Assembly (NCBI RefSeq): GCF_020745735.1
Contig: NC_083434.1
Location: 24,053,966 to 24,117,965, forward strand
Origin: Hemiscyllium ocellatum
Lineage: Eukaryota
Length of the DNA: 64,000 nt
Reading direction: 5' to 3'
Shown here one piece after another: positions 12,355-24,651 of the stretch. Both the position numbers and the translations under genes were made by a program. The notes below the pieces were generated by a model. It was not told where the DNA came from. It did no database searches and saw only the letters and a list, made by a program, of their open reading frames with translations. Position 1 is the first letter of the stretch; the number at the start of each line of letters is the position of its first letter.

Positions 12355-13204
12355 GTAAGTTTCCAGTTTTTTCATAAATGCTGTTTATATTCTTGACCAA
12401 TTGAAATTGTATTCATCTCATATAGGTTTTGTAAATCAAATATATTTATCAGAACACAGGTCACTGTTGATTTCTCCAGCATCTCACCCATCCTACTCCT
12501 TTTTGACTATACCAATATTAACAGACTATCAAAAGGTTCAGCTTCAGTATGTGTAGCTTCAAAAAGAATATTGTCAAGTAAGGTGTCCCAGCCAACATTT
12601 ATATTTAAAAAATCCTGGAGAAACTTAGCAGGCCTAGCAGCATCTGGAGAAAAAGCAGAGTCAACGTTTCAAACCCATTGATCCTTCTTCAGAACATATT
12701 TTAATTTGATCGTTTTTTTAATCCTACTATGTCAAACATCCTTTCTTGGTCTTTGATTTTTTTTCAAATTGCAAAATAAAAATGAATGTGCAAATGTACT
12801 AAATCCTTACTTTGACTTGTTAGTTCAGTAGAATCCCTATACTCCTTGAAATTGTAATGAGGCTTCCTCCATAAGGTCACTTTTGGACAGGTTGTTTGGG
12901 ACAAAGTTGTGTTCCAAATGATTGTCATAAAATATCTTGAGTTGTTTCTCAAGCCGGGGATGGATGCCATGCAGCAAAAGAATAGTTGAGAAAAGTGAAT
13001 AAAGTATGTCACTACATAAGGATTAATGCCTCCCTACTTTGTTTCATTTCCTCCTTTTAAAAATCTTCTTTAAAATTTGGTCAAAGTAATGGATTTTTTG
13101 TCTTCTAATATCTCCTGTGAAACATGTTAGAATGTCTTTCTATGTTTAAACAATCAGTATAAATGTAAAAATAAACAGATCACTTTGAGTGGCAAGGAGT
13201 GACT

Positions 13205-13780
13205 AGTCATAGAGATATACAGCATGGAAACAGATCCTTCAGTCCAGCACATCCATAGCGACCAGAGATCCTAAATTAGTCTAGTCCCATTTGCCAGCAT
13301 TTGACCCATACCTCTGTAAATCCTTTCTATTCGTGTACCCATCCACATGCCTTTTAAATGTTGTAATTGTACCAGCCCCCACCACTTCATCTGGTAGCTC
13401 AATCCATACGCACCATCCTCTGCTTGAAAAAGTTGTCCCTTTTAAATCTTTCCCCTCTCACCTTAAACTTATGCCATCTAGTCTTGGACTCACCTAACTT
13501 GGGAGAAAGACCTTGTCTATTTACCCTGTCCATGCCTTTCATTATTTTATAAACCTCTATTGGATCATCTCTCCGTCTCCAATGCTCTAGGGAAAATAGC
13601 CTCAGCATATTCAGCTCAAACCCTCCAACCCTGGCAACATTTCTTGTAAATCTTTTCTGAACCCTTTCAAGTTTCACAACATCTTTACTGTAGCAGGGAA
13701 AGCAGAATTGAATGCAGTATTCCAAAAGTGGCCTAACCAATGTTCTGTACAGCCACAACATGACCTCCCAACTACTATAT
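13205..13780 (-). mobile_element. CR1 (HER1-like) LINE 3' fragment
   Basis: LYRTLVRPLLEYCIQF...KDVVKLERVQKRFTR; tail ...ctctatgact. Confidence 0.85.
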
Positions 13781-14056
13781 TGATTTGCTTTGACTTATTG
13801 TTGTCACATGTACCTAAGTACAGTGAAAAGTTTATTTTTAAGATTTAGATTTTTTTGTCACATGTACTCAGGTATAGAAGTCCAGGAATATTGTGAAAAA
13901 TGTATTATGTCAGCGCACATGGTGCCATCTTAGGCACCAAGGAACCTAAGTACAAAAAAATTTAGGTACAAAATAGTAAGAGAAATGACAGTTAAAAAGT
14001 TAAGCATTACTGCATGGAATTATCGAAAAATAAAGAATTAACACAATAAGATTCAT

Positions 14057-14930
14057 TTGAACTTCAGTAAGGTGTTCGACAAGGTTCCTCATGGTAGATT
14101 GGTTGCAAGTTTAGATCACATGGAATGCAGAAAGAACTACCCATTTGGATACAGAACTGGCTCGAAGGTAGAAGACAGGGTAGTGGTGGACGGTTACCTT
14201 TCAGACTGGAGACCTGTGACGAGTGATGTCCCACAAGGATCTGTCCTGGGTCCACTGCCTTTCATAATTTATATAAATGATTTGAATATGAACATCAGGA
14301 ATATAGTCAGTAAGTTTGCGGATGACACCAAAATTAGAGGTGTAGCGGACAGTAAAGGAGGTTACCTCAGAGTACAACAGGATCTTGATCAGATGGGCCA
14401 ATGGTCCGAGGAGTAACAGATGGAGTTTAGTTTAGATAAATGTGAGGTGCTGTATTTCAGAAAAGCAAATCAGGACAGGACTAACGCACTTAATGGTAAG
14501 GTTCTGGGGAGTGTTGCTGATCAAAGAGAGAGAGTTCCTTGAAAGTGGAGTCGCAGGTGGATAGGATAATGAAGAAAGCATTTTGTATGTTTTCCTTTAT
14601 TGGTCAGAGCATTGAGTATAGGAGTTAGGAGGTCATGTTGCAGCTGTACAGGCCACTTTTGGAATATCGTACACAATTCTGCTCTCCCTTCTATCAGAAG
14701 GATGTTGTGAAACTGGAAAGCATTCAGGAATGCGCTGCCAGAGGAATGGTGGAGGCTGGTACAATTATAACATTTAAAAGGCATTTGGATGGGGATATGA
14801 ATAGGAAGCATTTAAAGGTATGTGGGCTAAATGCTGGCAAATGGGAGTAGATTAGTTTAGGATATTTGGTCGACATGGATGAATTGGATCAAGGGGTCTA
14901 TTTCTGTGTTGTACATCTCTATGACTCCAG
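14057..14930 (+). mobile_element. CR1 LINE RT fragment, internally deleted, with 3' tail
   Basis: FSKVFDKVPHGRL, VPQGSVLGPL, SKFADDTK. Confidence 0.88.
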
Positions 14931-15259
14931 TTATCATTAAAAGTCTTTTGTAGTTTAAACTGGGAAAATAAAGGAACACTTAAAAGTTCAACAGACTTTG
15001 ATTAGTCCTCCGCTTATCTCATTCTGCTGTCTGTTCTTGATGCTGCGGGCAGTACAGGCAGATCATGGCAAACAAGGACATGCAGATTGTAGGATGCTTA
15101 GACAGATTGAAGCATGCAAGTTATATCTGCACAGGAGGTGCACAAAGTAAGATCAACATTAGATTTGAAATTTAGTGCACTGACCAATAAAGCAAGCATA
15201 CCAAATGCCTTCTTCGCTAGCCTGACTACTGCGACTCCACTTTGAAGGAAGCATTAGTG

Positions 15260-16085
15260 AAAAGGATACAGAGATGCTCAGTTTGAACAAGTTGAATGCA
15301 TGGATAAATACTTGGTATAATGTGGATAAGTGAGAGGTTATTCACTTTAGATGCAAAATCAAGAAGGTGGACGTATCTGAATGGCAATAGATTGGGAGGT
15401 GCAATGCGACTTGGGTGTCCTTGTACACCAGTTGCTGGAAGTAAGGATGCAGGAGCAGAAGGTGGTGAAGTCATCAAATGGTATGTGGCCTCCATAGCGA
15501 GAAGATTTGATTACCTGAGCAAATTACATTACTGTCTGCAATATTTGTCTCCTTATTTGAGAAAGGATGTTCAGGCTATGGAGGGAGTACAATGAAAGTT
15601 AATCAGATTGATTCCTGGGTTGGCAGGACTGACACATGAACAGAAATTGAATTGGTTAAGACTATATCCACTGGAGTTTAGAAGCTCAGAGAGGGGGGGG
15701 GTTTCTCATAGACCTCTATAAAATTTTGACATGACCAGACCAGGTAAATGCAGGAAGTTCTTGGTGACAGGGGAGTCTGGAATCAGGGGTCATGCTTGAA
15801 GGATATGGGGGTAGACAATTTAAGACTAAGATGAGGAATTTTTTCACCAAGGTGGTGAGCCTGCAGAATTCTCTGCCACAAAAAGCAGTTGAGGCCAAAA
15901 CATTGAATATTTTCATGGAGGAGTTAGCTGTAATTCTTTGGGCTAAAGAAGTCAAAGGAAATGGGGGTGGGGGGGAAAAGTAGCAATGTGACACTGATTT
16001 GGAAGATAACTATGATTGTGTTGAATGGTGAAGTAAGCTCATAGGGCTGAATGACCTACAATTGCTCCAATTCTCTGTTTCTGTG
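15260..16085 (+). mobile_element. CR1 LINE 3' remnant (second family)
   Basis: YCLQYLSPYLRKDVQAMEGVQ; FKTKMRNFFTKVVSLQNSLPQKAVEA. Confidence 0.75.
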
Positions 16086-16155
16086 GCCTCAGAAAATCTA
16101 AGAAGTTTTATTCTAAATATTTAATTTATTGGCTGTGTTATGTAACAAAATTTTT

Positions 16156-16279
16156 CTGATGAAGGATCTATGCCCGAAATGTGGATTCTTCTGCTCCTCG
16201 GATGTTGCCTGACCTGCTGTCCTTTTCCAGCACCACACTCTTGACTGATCTCCAGCATATGCAGTCCTCACTTTCTCCT
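16156..16279 (+). mobile_element. Penelope terminal-repeat fragment with degenerate hammerhead motif
   Basis: Reverse complement of the 8118 family; CTGATGAAGG...CCCGAAATGTG. Confidence 0.7.
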
Positions 16280-16913
16280 CATCTAGCTAAAGTTTGGATT
16301 TAGCATAATTCTTGTTAGCTATCTGAAAGATGGGATGTGATCAGACAGTTTGGTAATCACAGTTTCAAGGAGCAAATTAGAGGACGACTAAAATTATGGC
16401 ATGAATGTTCAATTGGAAAATATCAGATCCATCACCTGATGTGGGGAAATGAATAGCCTCCACTTAGTAACTGACAAATTGAGAATTGAAACTGAAATTG
16501 AGAATTTAACAAATGGAGATCTGTGGTCTCATCGTGAATCAGCATGCTGAATATTTAGTGAAAGTGATTCTTGAACATTAACAAGTTACATAATGTATGA
16601 TCAGTGAAATCTTGTGAAGAAAATAATTCTAGTCTGTTTCATATGTTCTGTTATTTACTGTAAACCTTGGTAATTAGTGTCATTAATGTCATTGTGGGCA
16701 AGTCTACTTGATTTGAAGTGCTTAATTCTTCTTTTCATATTGTTCCTTAACTTTCATAAGGCTTGTCAGCCATCCCAATACACAAATATTTCATTTCACT
16801 ACATTTAAGTACTGAAGAGACAGGAATTTTGAGAATCGGTGCAGTATACTGTTTTTTTCAATTAGAGGATAAAGAATTATTTTTTTTTGCATTAAATTCT
16901 AACTTTGTTACAG

Positions 16914-17039
16914 TCTCTGGGTGTAAGTTTGCTCGCTAAGCTGGAAGGTTCGTTTTTCACAATCAAAATGAACCTTCCAGCTTAACGAGCAAACTTGCTT
17001 CCAGAACGTCAACCTGAACTACAAATCTTCTCAAAACTC
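16914..17039. mobile_element. Short fold-back Penelope-derived element (family 2)
   Basis: TSD ACTTTGTTACAG at 16902-16913 and 17040-17051; imperfect ~40-bp inverted arms; 3' part matches 39760-39832. Confidence 0.7.
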
Positions 17040-17338
17040 ACTTTGTTACAGGCATTACTTGATTTAGATTATTAGATAATTCAATACTACTCAAAAAACC
17101 TTGATAATTTCAGGAATAGACTGATTTTAAATCAAATTTTAATGCAAAATGTTTGGATTTGAATATGCCTTTACCTTTCCATGAATGATGTATAATTACT
17201 CTCTCAGTAAATGCAAGAGTTTTGCTAAAATATGATAGAATAATTATTGATTGCAGTGGTATTATTTTGTTAATTTGAACTCTCGTACAAGACAAAATAA
17301 GGCAAAGCAATAGTAATATCAGGTTTCTTGGTCACTAG

Positions 17339-17475
17339 GGGTCTACTCCACCAATGACTGTCTTCAAAGGTAATAAAAGGCCATATCAGAAGGATTGTGT
17401 ACTTATTATTAACCATGATACTGGGGAGTTTGTGCTTGAAAAACTCAGTAGCAGTATACAGGTGAAGAAAACCAG
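17339..17475 (+). CDS. EAF1: EAF1 coding exon 3
   Basis: cactag| [45 protein letters not shown](R) |gtgaga; 137 nt. Confidence 0.96.
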
Positions 17476-17562
17476 GTGAGAATACATATGTTTTAAAAAT
17501 ATTTAAATAATTATTTTTTGTGACTGTCGTATAGCATTTCAGACAATACTATGCATTGGCTT

Positions 17563-17716
17563 AAAAATCACAGCACCAGGTTATAGTCCAACAGGTTTAA
17601 TTGGAAGCACACTAGCTTTCAGAGTGACGCTCCTTCATCAGGTGATATTAAAATAACCTGGTGTTGTGTGATTTTTAATTTTGTACATCCCAGTCCAATA
17701 CCAGCATCTCCAAATC
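17563..17716. mobile_element. Short fold-back Penelope-derived element (family 3) with hammerhead motif
   Basis: TSD ATGCATTGGCTT at 17551-17562 and 17717-17728; inverted arms aaaaatcacagcaccaggttat / ataacctggtgttgtgtgattttt. Confidence 0.75.
17610..17644 (-). ncRNA. Minimal type I hammerhead ribozyme motif (PLE-type)
   Basis: CAC CUGAUGA A GGAG CGUCA CUCU GAAAG CUA GUG: stem I CAC/GUG, core CUGAUGA, stem II, GAAA, palindromic AGCU stem III, UA cleavage site. Confidence 0.7.
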
Positions 17717-18604
17717 ATGCATTGGCTTGTTAGTCATTTTTTTCTGATTTACTTTGTATAAAATGTTATAGTCTAAATATATTAATAGTAGTACATTAAT
17801 ATTTAATCATTGAATTTTATTGCATAGATATAGGCCATTGAACAATTTGTACCTGTGCCTGCTCTCAAAAATCATTTTTCTTTCTCTCCTCAATTCCAAA
17901 CCCTTAACATTTTTCATGTTCTCCTAACATTACCCTTTTGTTCTTAAGTACTTATTGAAACAATTGGGTAGTAATCACTTCTTCAAAACTATAGATTTAG
18001 TGTATTTGAAATAATTCATTTTCAAGATTTCTACATATAAACACCTGCAATGGCTTGTGTTGTAAATGTATAATTCTCAAGAGTTTGAAATGATTTGTAG
18101 CATATTGAGTCTTCACAATGTTATACCCTTCAATACTTGTACAAATCCTTAAAACTTGTCAGGTTAAAGTTTCTGTCTTGTATACTACCAGTATTTTTAT
18201 TCTAAACTTTTAAAATATGGCTTTATCCTGGGGAATTTTACAGAAATTATGGCAGAAAACGTTCTTTTTTTTTGTAGATATTTTTATTGAAATTTAACAT
18301 TTTTGCAAATTTACAAAAATAAACAAAACTCTCAAATACAAACATTGATGTACAATTAAATCATATATACAATAGTCATAATTTAACAAAGAAAAGAGAA
18401 AGAAAGAAAACAAAAAAAGAAAAAAAAGAAACGAAAAAAGAAAAAAAAACTCAACTTTCTACTAATCTAACCTATAACTAACCAGAGTGTATACCTAAGT
18501 CTCTTACATGCTCGGAATGTATAAACATCAAATATAATAAAACCCGTATTCGCGCAGGATTCCTCTCCCAAGGGGCCCCGGAGCAGCCCGGTCTGAAATC
18601 TTCA

Positions 18605-21600
18605 CTAAATAAAAGCCCTTGTTAGGATAGCCGAAATATCTGCATTTATATAATTCAAAAAGGGCTGCCATATTTTATAAAATAATTCAGTCTTTCGGTG
18701 CACCATATTTGTGAGGAAGTCAAGGGGGATATATTCCATAATTAATCTGTGCCAATTTGAAAGTCCAGGGGGGCCCTCAGCCACCCAGTTCACCAAAATA
18801 TTTTTCCTTGCACAGAAAGAGAGAATAGAAAATAGTCTCTTCCCATGCATATCCAGAGATGAGAGGTTCGAAAAGCCCAAAAGGAGAGATACAGGGTCCA
18901 CCCTAATTTCCGTTCCTAAAATTTCTGTCAGGGTATTTGCCACTTTAGTCCAGTATCTGCGGATTTTCTGACAAGTCCACAGACAATGTACAAGAGTACC
19001 CACCTCTATTTTGCATTTGGGACACATTGGAGATGCTCCTGCCTTAAATTTTGCCAGTCGAGCCGGAGCTATATGGGCCCTATGAAGTATCTTTAGTTGG
19101 ATAGCCTGAGTTCTGTTACAGATAGCAATTCTTCTAGCATTTTCCCAAATGTCATTCCACATATCCTCAGAGATTTCTAGCCCCAAGTCCTGCTCCCATG
19201 TTTTAAGCAGGTCATCCATATCTCCTGAGACTCCTTCATGTAGCAAATGGTATATAGTACTAACGGAGGATGCCCCCGCTGGTCGTAAGACATTACATTC
19301 TCTGTCTGATTTATAAAGACTATCTATTAATGTAGTCTTCCTCTGTATATAATCTCGAAGTTGGAAGTATCGAAAGAGATCCCCATTAGGTATTCCGAAT
19401 TTCAGACGCAGCTGCTCAAAGGACATCAGGATCCCATCTTTAAATAGGTCCCCTAAGCATGAGATGCCCCTGGATCTCCAGAGTTTAAAGGTGGCATCTG
19501 TAATCCCCGGTTGGAATCCCCATGCGCCTACTATTGGTGCATGGGGGGATGTTTTATGTGAGTTACCCTCATTTTGCCGCATTATATTCCAGGCCTTAAT
19601 TGTGTTTAATATTATGGGATTTTTACAGTGGTCTGTAATGATTTTCCTCTTATCTGAAAATAAAAGGTTAATAAGTGGGTATTTTACTTGGGAGGCTTCG
19701 ATATCCAGCCAAATTGATTGTGGATCAGATGAAACCCAATCAGCTATGTAACTTAGTAGGGAGCTTAACTGATATTTCCTAAAGTCTGGGAAGTCCAGTC
19801 CTCCCCTTGCCTGTGGAAGCTGTAGCTTCTTCAGCTTAATAAGGGGCCGTCTATGGTTCCAAATAAAGGAGCCCAACCAGCCATATAATTTACGTAGGGC
19901 TAGCCTTGGCAGCATCAGCGGGAGCATTCTCATAGGATATAAGAGACGGGGCAGAACATTCATTTTAATTAATGCTATTCTCCCTAGCCAGGAAATCGGA
20001 AGGTCTCTCCATCGCTGGAGGTCCTGCCTTATCCTTTCCATTAATTGTACAAAATTAGCCCTATACAGCTGATCAAATACTGGCGTGATAAAAATACCTA
20101 AATATAAGAAGCCCTCCAGGGACCAACGGAAGGGAAAAGGGGATCCGTCCATTAAGTGGGGTATCATAGCCAGACCACCCATTGGCATGGCTTCCGATTT
20201 TGAAAAATTAATTTTATAGCCTGAGAATGCACTAAATGTATTAATAACTTGAATTAGACGAGGCACTGACATTAAAGGATTACTGAGGAATAAGAGAATG
20301 TCATCTGCATAGAAGGTAATTTTGTGTTTACCTGTACCAATCCTCGGGGCCATTATATTAGGATCAGTCCGGATGGCTTCTGCTAATGGTTCGATTATCA
20401 GTGTAAACAACAATGGTGAGAGAGGACATCCTTGACGGCAGCCCCTACCCACACTGAAGCCATCCGATCTTAACCCATTAGTAATAACAGCTGCTTTGGG
20501 GTCATTATACAATGTTGAAACCCATTTGGTAAACACCTGTCCAACGCCAAACCTTTCCAATGTGTAAAATAAATATGACCATTCAACCCTATCAAATGCC
20601 TTTTCCGCATCCAATGAAATTACTACTCCTGGTATCTTTCCCTGATGACAGGCTTGGATCATATTCAAGACCCTTCTGATATTATTGGATGATCTGCGGC
20701 CCTTAATAAATCCCGTCTGGTCCTCCTTTATAATATATGGCAGTACCCTTTCTAGTCTTAGTGCTAACATTTTTGAGAGAATTTTAAAGTCTACATTTAG
20801 TAAGGATATTGGTCTGTAAGATGCACAATCTTCTGGGTCTTTTCCTTTTTTGAGGATAAGAGAAATATTTGCTTCTTTCAGCGTGGGCGGGAGACAGACC
20901 TGACTATGCGCAAAATTATACATATCCATAAGTGGGTCAACCAATATTCCTGTAAATTCTTTATAGAATTCAGCTTGAAAACCATCCGGGCCCGGTGCTT
21001 TTCCGCTCTGAAGTTGCCTAATTGCCTCAAGTATTTCTTGGACTGTTAAAGGGGTATTTAGGGCCGACACCTGTTCCGGAGTCAGGCCCGGGAAGGTCAA
21101 ATTTTTAAAAAATGACTGCATCCTCCTAATCCTATCTTCACAATCCTGCGATCTATATAGTTCAGAATAAAATTCTTTAAAGGTCGCATTGATCTTTTTA
21201 TGATCATGAGTCAGGGTACCTGTACTTTCCTTGATGGTCGGAATAGTTTGAGGGGCTTTCTTTTTCTTTGCAAGAAATGCTAAGTATCTACCCGGTTTGT
21301 CGCCATATTCATATAATCTTTGTTTCGCAAATAATATTTCCCTTTTAGCCGTTTGAGTAAGCGCGGTGTTTAAAGCTGTCCTAAGAGCTGTAATCCTCTG
21401 CAATTTTGTGATAGAAGGTCTATCAGCGTATGCTGTTTCGGCTGCTTTTAGGCGAGCTTCGAGCAGACGCTGTTGCTCTCCCTTCATTTTCCTCTGGGTC
21501 GCTGAATAGGAGATGATCAAACCTCGTGCATAAGCTTTGATGGTCTCCCACATCATTGACGGATTGCTAGCCGTACCAGTATTAATTTCTAAAAAAGTTT

Positions 21601-22418
21601 TTAAGTTCTTGGGAGAAGTACTTTAAAAATTTGCTATCTTTTATCAGGAAGGGGTCCATACGCCAATGCCGAGCGGATGTCCCATTGTTCTTTACCTTAG
21701 TTTCCATGTATACAGCGGCATGGTCAGAGATTGCTATAGTACCTATTTTACAGGTTGCTATAGAGTTTAGAAAAATCGATGGGGCAAAAAACATATCAAT
21801 TCTTGTGTGACATTTATGTGGATTAGAGTAGAAAGAAAAATCTCTACCCTGTGGATGGAGACATCTCCATACATCTACCAATCCTAATTCTTTATTCAGA
21901 TCCGCCAGTTGTCTAGATCTGGGAGATACTCCAGCGGCACTCTTGGGAATCCTGTCTATTTCCGGATCCATAATACAATTAAAGTCTACCCCTATAATTG
22001 TATGACGGGCACCAAAGGCCATCAGTTTTGAAAAAGCTTCCGTTATGAATTTAAAGGGGTGTGCCGGGGGGCAGTATACATTTAAGATCCCATATTCCTC
22101 TCCATTTATGAGGGCTTTAATCAAAATATATCGTCCAGATTCGTCTTTTATCTGATTTAGAATTTTCAAAGGGAAGTTCTTCCGGACAAGGATAACGACT
22201 CCCCTGCTTTTTGAATTAAAAGAGGAAAAAAAGGCCTGATCAAATCCGCCCTGTCGTAATTTTAAGTGTTCTTTATCCGACAGGTGTGTCTCCTGTAGGA
22301 GAGCTATATCAACTCTCTCCTTCTTAAGATTTGATAATATTTTCTTCCTTTTAACTGGTGAATTACTCCCCCTGACATTCCAGGTGCACCACTTAACCGA
22401 CTGTTCAGCCATAATCAT
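18605..22418 (-). pseudogene. L1 ORF2p (APE endonuclease + RT + CCHC) with a single +1 nt frameshift at ~21591-21602
   Basis: EN motifs TWNVRG, LQETH, DFN, RID, SDH. RT motifs YRPISLLNVDFK, SLDAEKAFDRVEW, GCRQGCPLSPLLF, YADD. C-terminal CPKC-x8-H-x4-C. Removing one base joins both ORFs into 1270 aa. Confidence 0.92.
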
Positions 22419-23032
22419 CTGGACAGATCCGAGACCCCTCGGGAGGGGAAACCCTATCTAGAACATCCCGAGCATGGAGCATACAAGATTTACAAAAGTA
22501 AAGATTCTCTGATACACTCAAAACAATATAACAAAAAACTCTTTCTAAGTATAAAAAATATAAAACATTCCGAATTGGAGATTTTCTCCCTTGTTCCCAG
22601 GGAGCGTCACTTCCTCTCCCACAGTCCATCTTACCCTCTTCCAACCAGTGCCCCACCCTTGACCCAGGTGTTCCTCAATAAAATGAGGAGAATTCAAATA
22701 TAATATAAAGCTAGAGTTAACAGTGAACACCCCACCCCCACCCACACCTAAATATATTTGGGAATATTAATACCATATATAACTATAAGATTACAATCTC
22801 AACACGTAATACTTTGATATAATACCACAAAATAACAGGGGAAAGAAAAACAACCCCGCTCCTAAAAACAGAAGTAAAATAGAATAAGGTAACCACCTCC
22901 CCCCATCAACATTAACCAAACGCCCCAACATATATATATACATACACACATAGGGGGAAAGATAAGAAAAGATGAAGGGATGTAAACCAAAATAATGGGA
23001 AAGGCAGACCAGCGTCCACAATCTCTTACAGC

Positions 23033-23896
23033 TTATTTAAGAGAGTCCAAGAATTCCTTAGCCTTCTCCGGTGATCCGAAGTTATATATGGATCCTTCGT
23101 GGCTAAGGCGCAGCGTCGCTGGATATCGTAAGGAGTACTGGATATTTAAGTCCCTTAAACGCTTCTTCGCCTCATCGAATGCCTTCCTCTTTCGGACCAA
23201 AGCTGGGGAGAAGTCCTGGAACAGCATGATCCTGGATCCTTTGTGGGTCATAGCTTGGGGATCTTTTCCCAGATTTCTTGAGGCTTCCAGGAGCATCTGC
23301 CTCTCCCTATAGCTCTGCAGCTGGAACAGGACCGGGCGTGGGCGCTGGGTTGAGCCGGGCCCACGTACTGTGACCCGGTAGGCCCATTCTACCCTTACCT
23401 GGCCTGATCCAGCCTGCAGATTTAAAAGTTGTGGCAGCCAATGCTCTAAGAATGCTGTCAGCTGGCCTCCCTCTTCCTGCTCGGGAAGGCCCAACAACCG
23501 AATATTTTTTCTACGACATCGATTTTCGAGGTCATCAATGTGGTTTTCTAGGTTCTGGACTCGATTCTTGAGAAAACGGATGTGGTCGGCTGTTGATTTT
23601 ATCCCAGTCTCTGAGGCTGCGGCCTTCGACTCCACCTCTCTGACTCGGCACTCCAATTCCTGAATGTCTCTGCCCTGCTTCTGCAGCTCGGCTGATAGTG
23701 CTTCTCTGCTCTGCCGAGACTCATCGATAAAAGCATCAATCTTCGCCTCCCACCTGGCAAACATCTCCTCATAGCTCATCTTCATTGGTAAATCTCCTGA
23801 AGTAGCTGAAGACACCTTTGTTGCAGCTGAAGAGGGAGAGGGTGGGGGAGGGGTCCCTGCTTTCTTAGAGCCGCCTGTTCCCTTCCCTTTACTCAT
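23033..23896 (-). CDS. L1 ORF1p (coiled coil + RRM + CTD), 287 aa, intact
   Basis: Heptad region, then DLENRCRRKNIRLLGLPE, RPRPVL, FQDFSPALVRKRKAF, YSLRYPATL and F.SPEKAKEFL motifs typical of L1 ORF1p. Confidence 0.92.
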   Translation of the reverse strand: MSKGKGTGGSKKAGTPPPPSPSSAATKVSSATSGDLPMKMSYEEMFARWEAKIDAFIDESRQSREALSAELQKQGRDIQELECRVREVESKAAASETGIKSTADHIRFLKNRVQNLENHIDDLENRCRRKNIRLLGLPEQEEGGQLTAFLEHWLPQLLNLQAGSGQVRVEWAYRVTVRGPGSTQRPRPVLFQLQSYRERQMLLEASRNLGKDPQAMTHKGSRIMLFQDFSPALVRKRKAFDEAKKRLRDLNIQYSLRYPATLRLSHEGSIYNFGSPEKAKEFLDSLK

Positions 23897-24484
23897 TTTC
23901 CAGCTAGTATTAGACTATTTAAATGTACTAATAGGTAACTATTTAAGGTTAACAACTATTATAAATGGTTTAGTGAGTGTGGTGGGGGTGGATAGCCCAC
24001 TTTTCCCAAGTTTTGGGTAGAGCACTGTGGACTCAGTCTTGCTGGGTCACCGCCATCTTGGATCCCCCAGAAAACGTTCTTATGAGTGCTCGTGGGAGGC
24101 AGGGTTTTCACAATGAGGTACTTGTTTTATTAATGAACACTACTCGAGTTATTCTTGAAAAATATGATTATGAATATTGGGTGAAGACACAAGAAGTATT
24201 TGTGTTGAGGCTTAGGAACTACTTGCTCTCCTGGCACTTAAGTGCTTAGGCTCAGAGATAAACATGGCTACTGTGAAACTGTCCCATCCAGGGGTTGGTC
24301 TCTTCAAAAGATGAAGCATGACACATAAGAAGGGAGGACATTTTTCATTATTGCGATTTTGTTGTCCTTGACTTTCATAGAATAATTTTAAAGCTGTTTG
24401 ATAATGTTATATAATTTCTTATTGCTATCACATGATGCATGTCTAATCCTCCCTCAATGACCCAATTACCAATAATTGTTTCAG

Positions 24485-24651
24485 AGCTGAAGGGAGCAGT
24501 AAAATCCAGGCTCAGTTGGAATCACAAGCAGTGCGAAGATCTCAGCCTTCCTCTCAGTTTAGAGCACCAAGTAAGCCATGTCCTGGTCCGAAAGCATCTC
24601 CGACAAAGGACAATCCGTCACCTGAACCACAACTTGATGACATAAAAAGAG
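24485..24651 (+). CDS. EAF1: EAF1 coding exon 4
   Basis: tttcag| AEGSSKIQAQLESQ...FRAPSKP...KDNPSPEPQLDDIKR |gtatac; 167 nt. Confidence 0.94.

Larger units (their letters stand above)
18267..24067 (-). mobile_element. Full-length LINE-1 retrotransposon, antisense in EAF1 intron 3
   Basis: TSD CAGAAAACGTTCTT at 18253-18266 and 24068-24081. 5' end reads GGGGATCCAAGATGGCGG. Contains ORF1 and ORF2. AATAAA (18283-18288) is followed by a short polyA tail. Confidence 0.95.

Noticed and set aside
21585-21605. Programmed ribosomal frameshift in L1 ORF2
   Set aside because: Joining needs +1 (or -2), not -1. There is no in-frame X XXY YYZ heptamer, and L1 ORF2 is normally a single ORF. A homopolymer indel is simpler.
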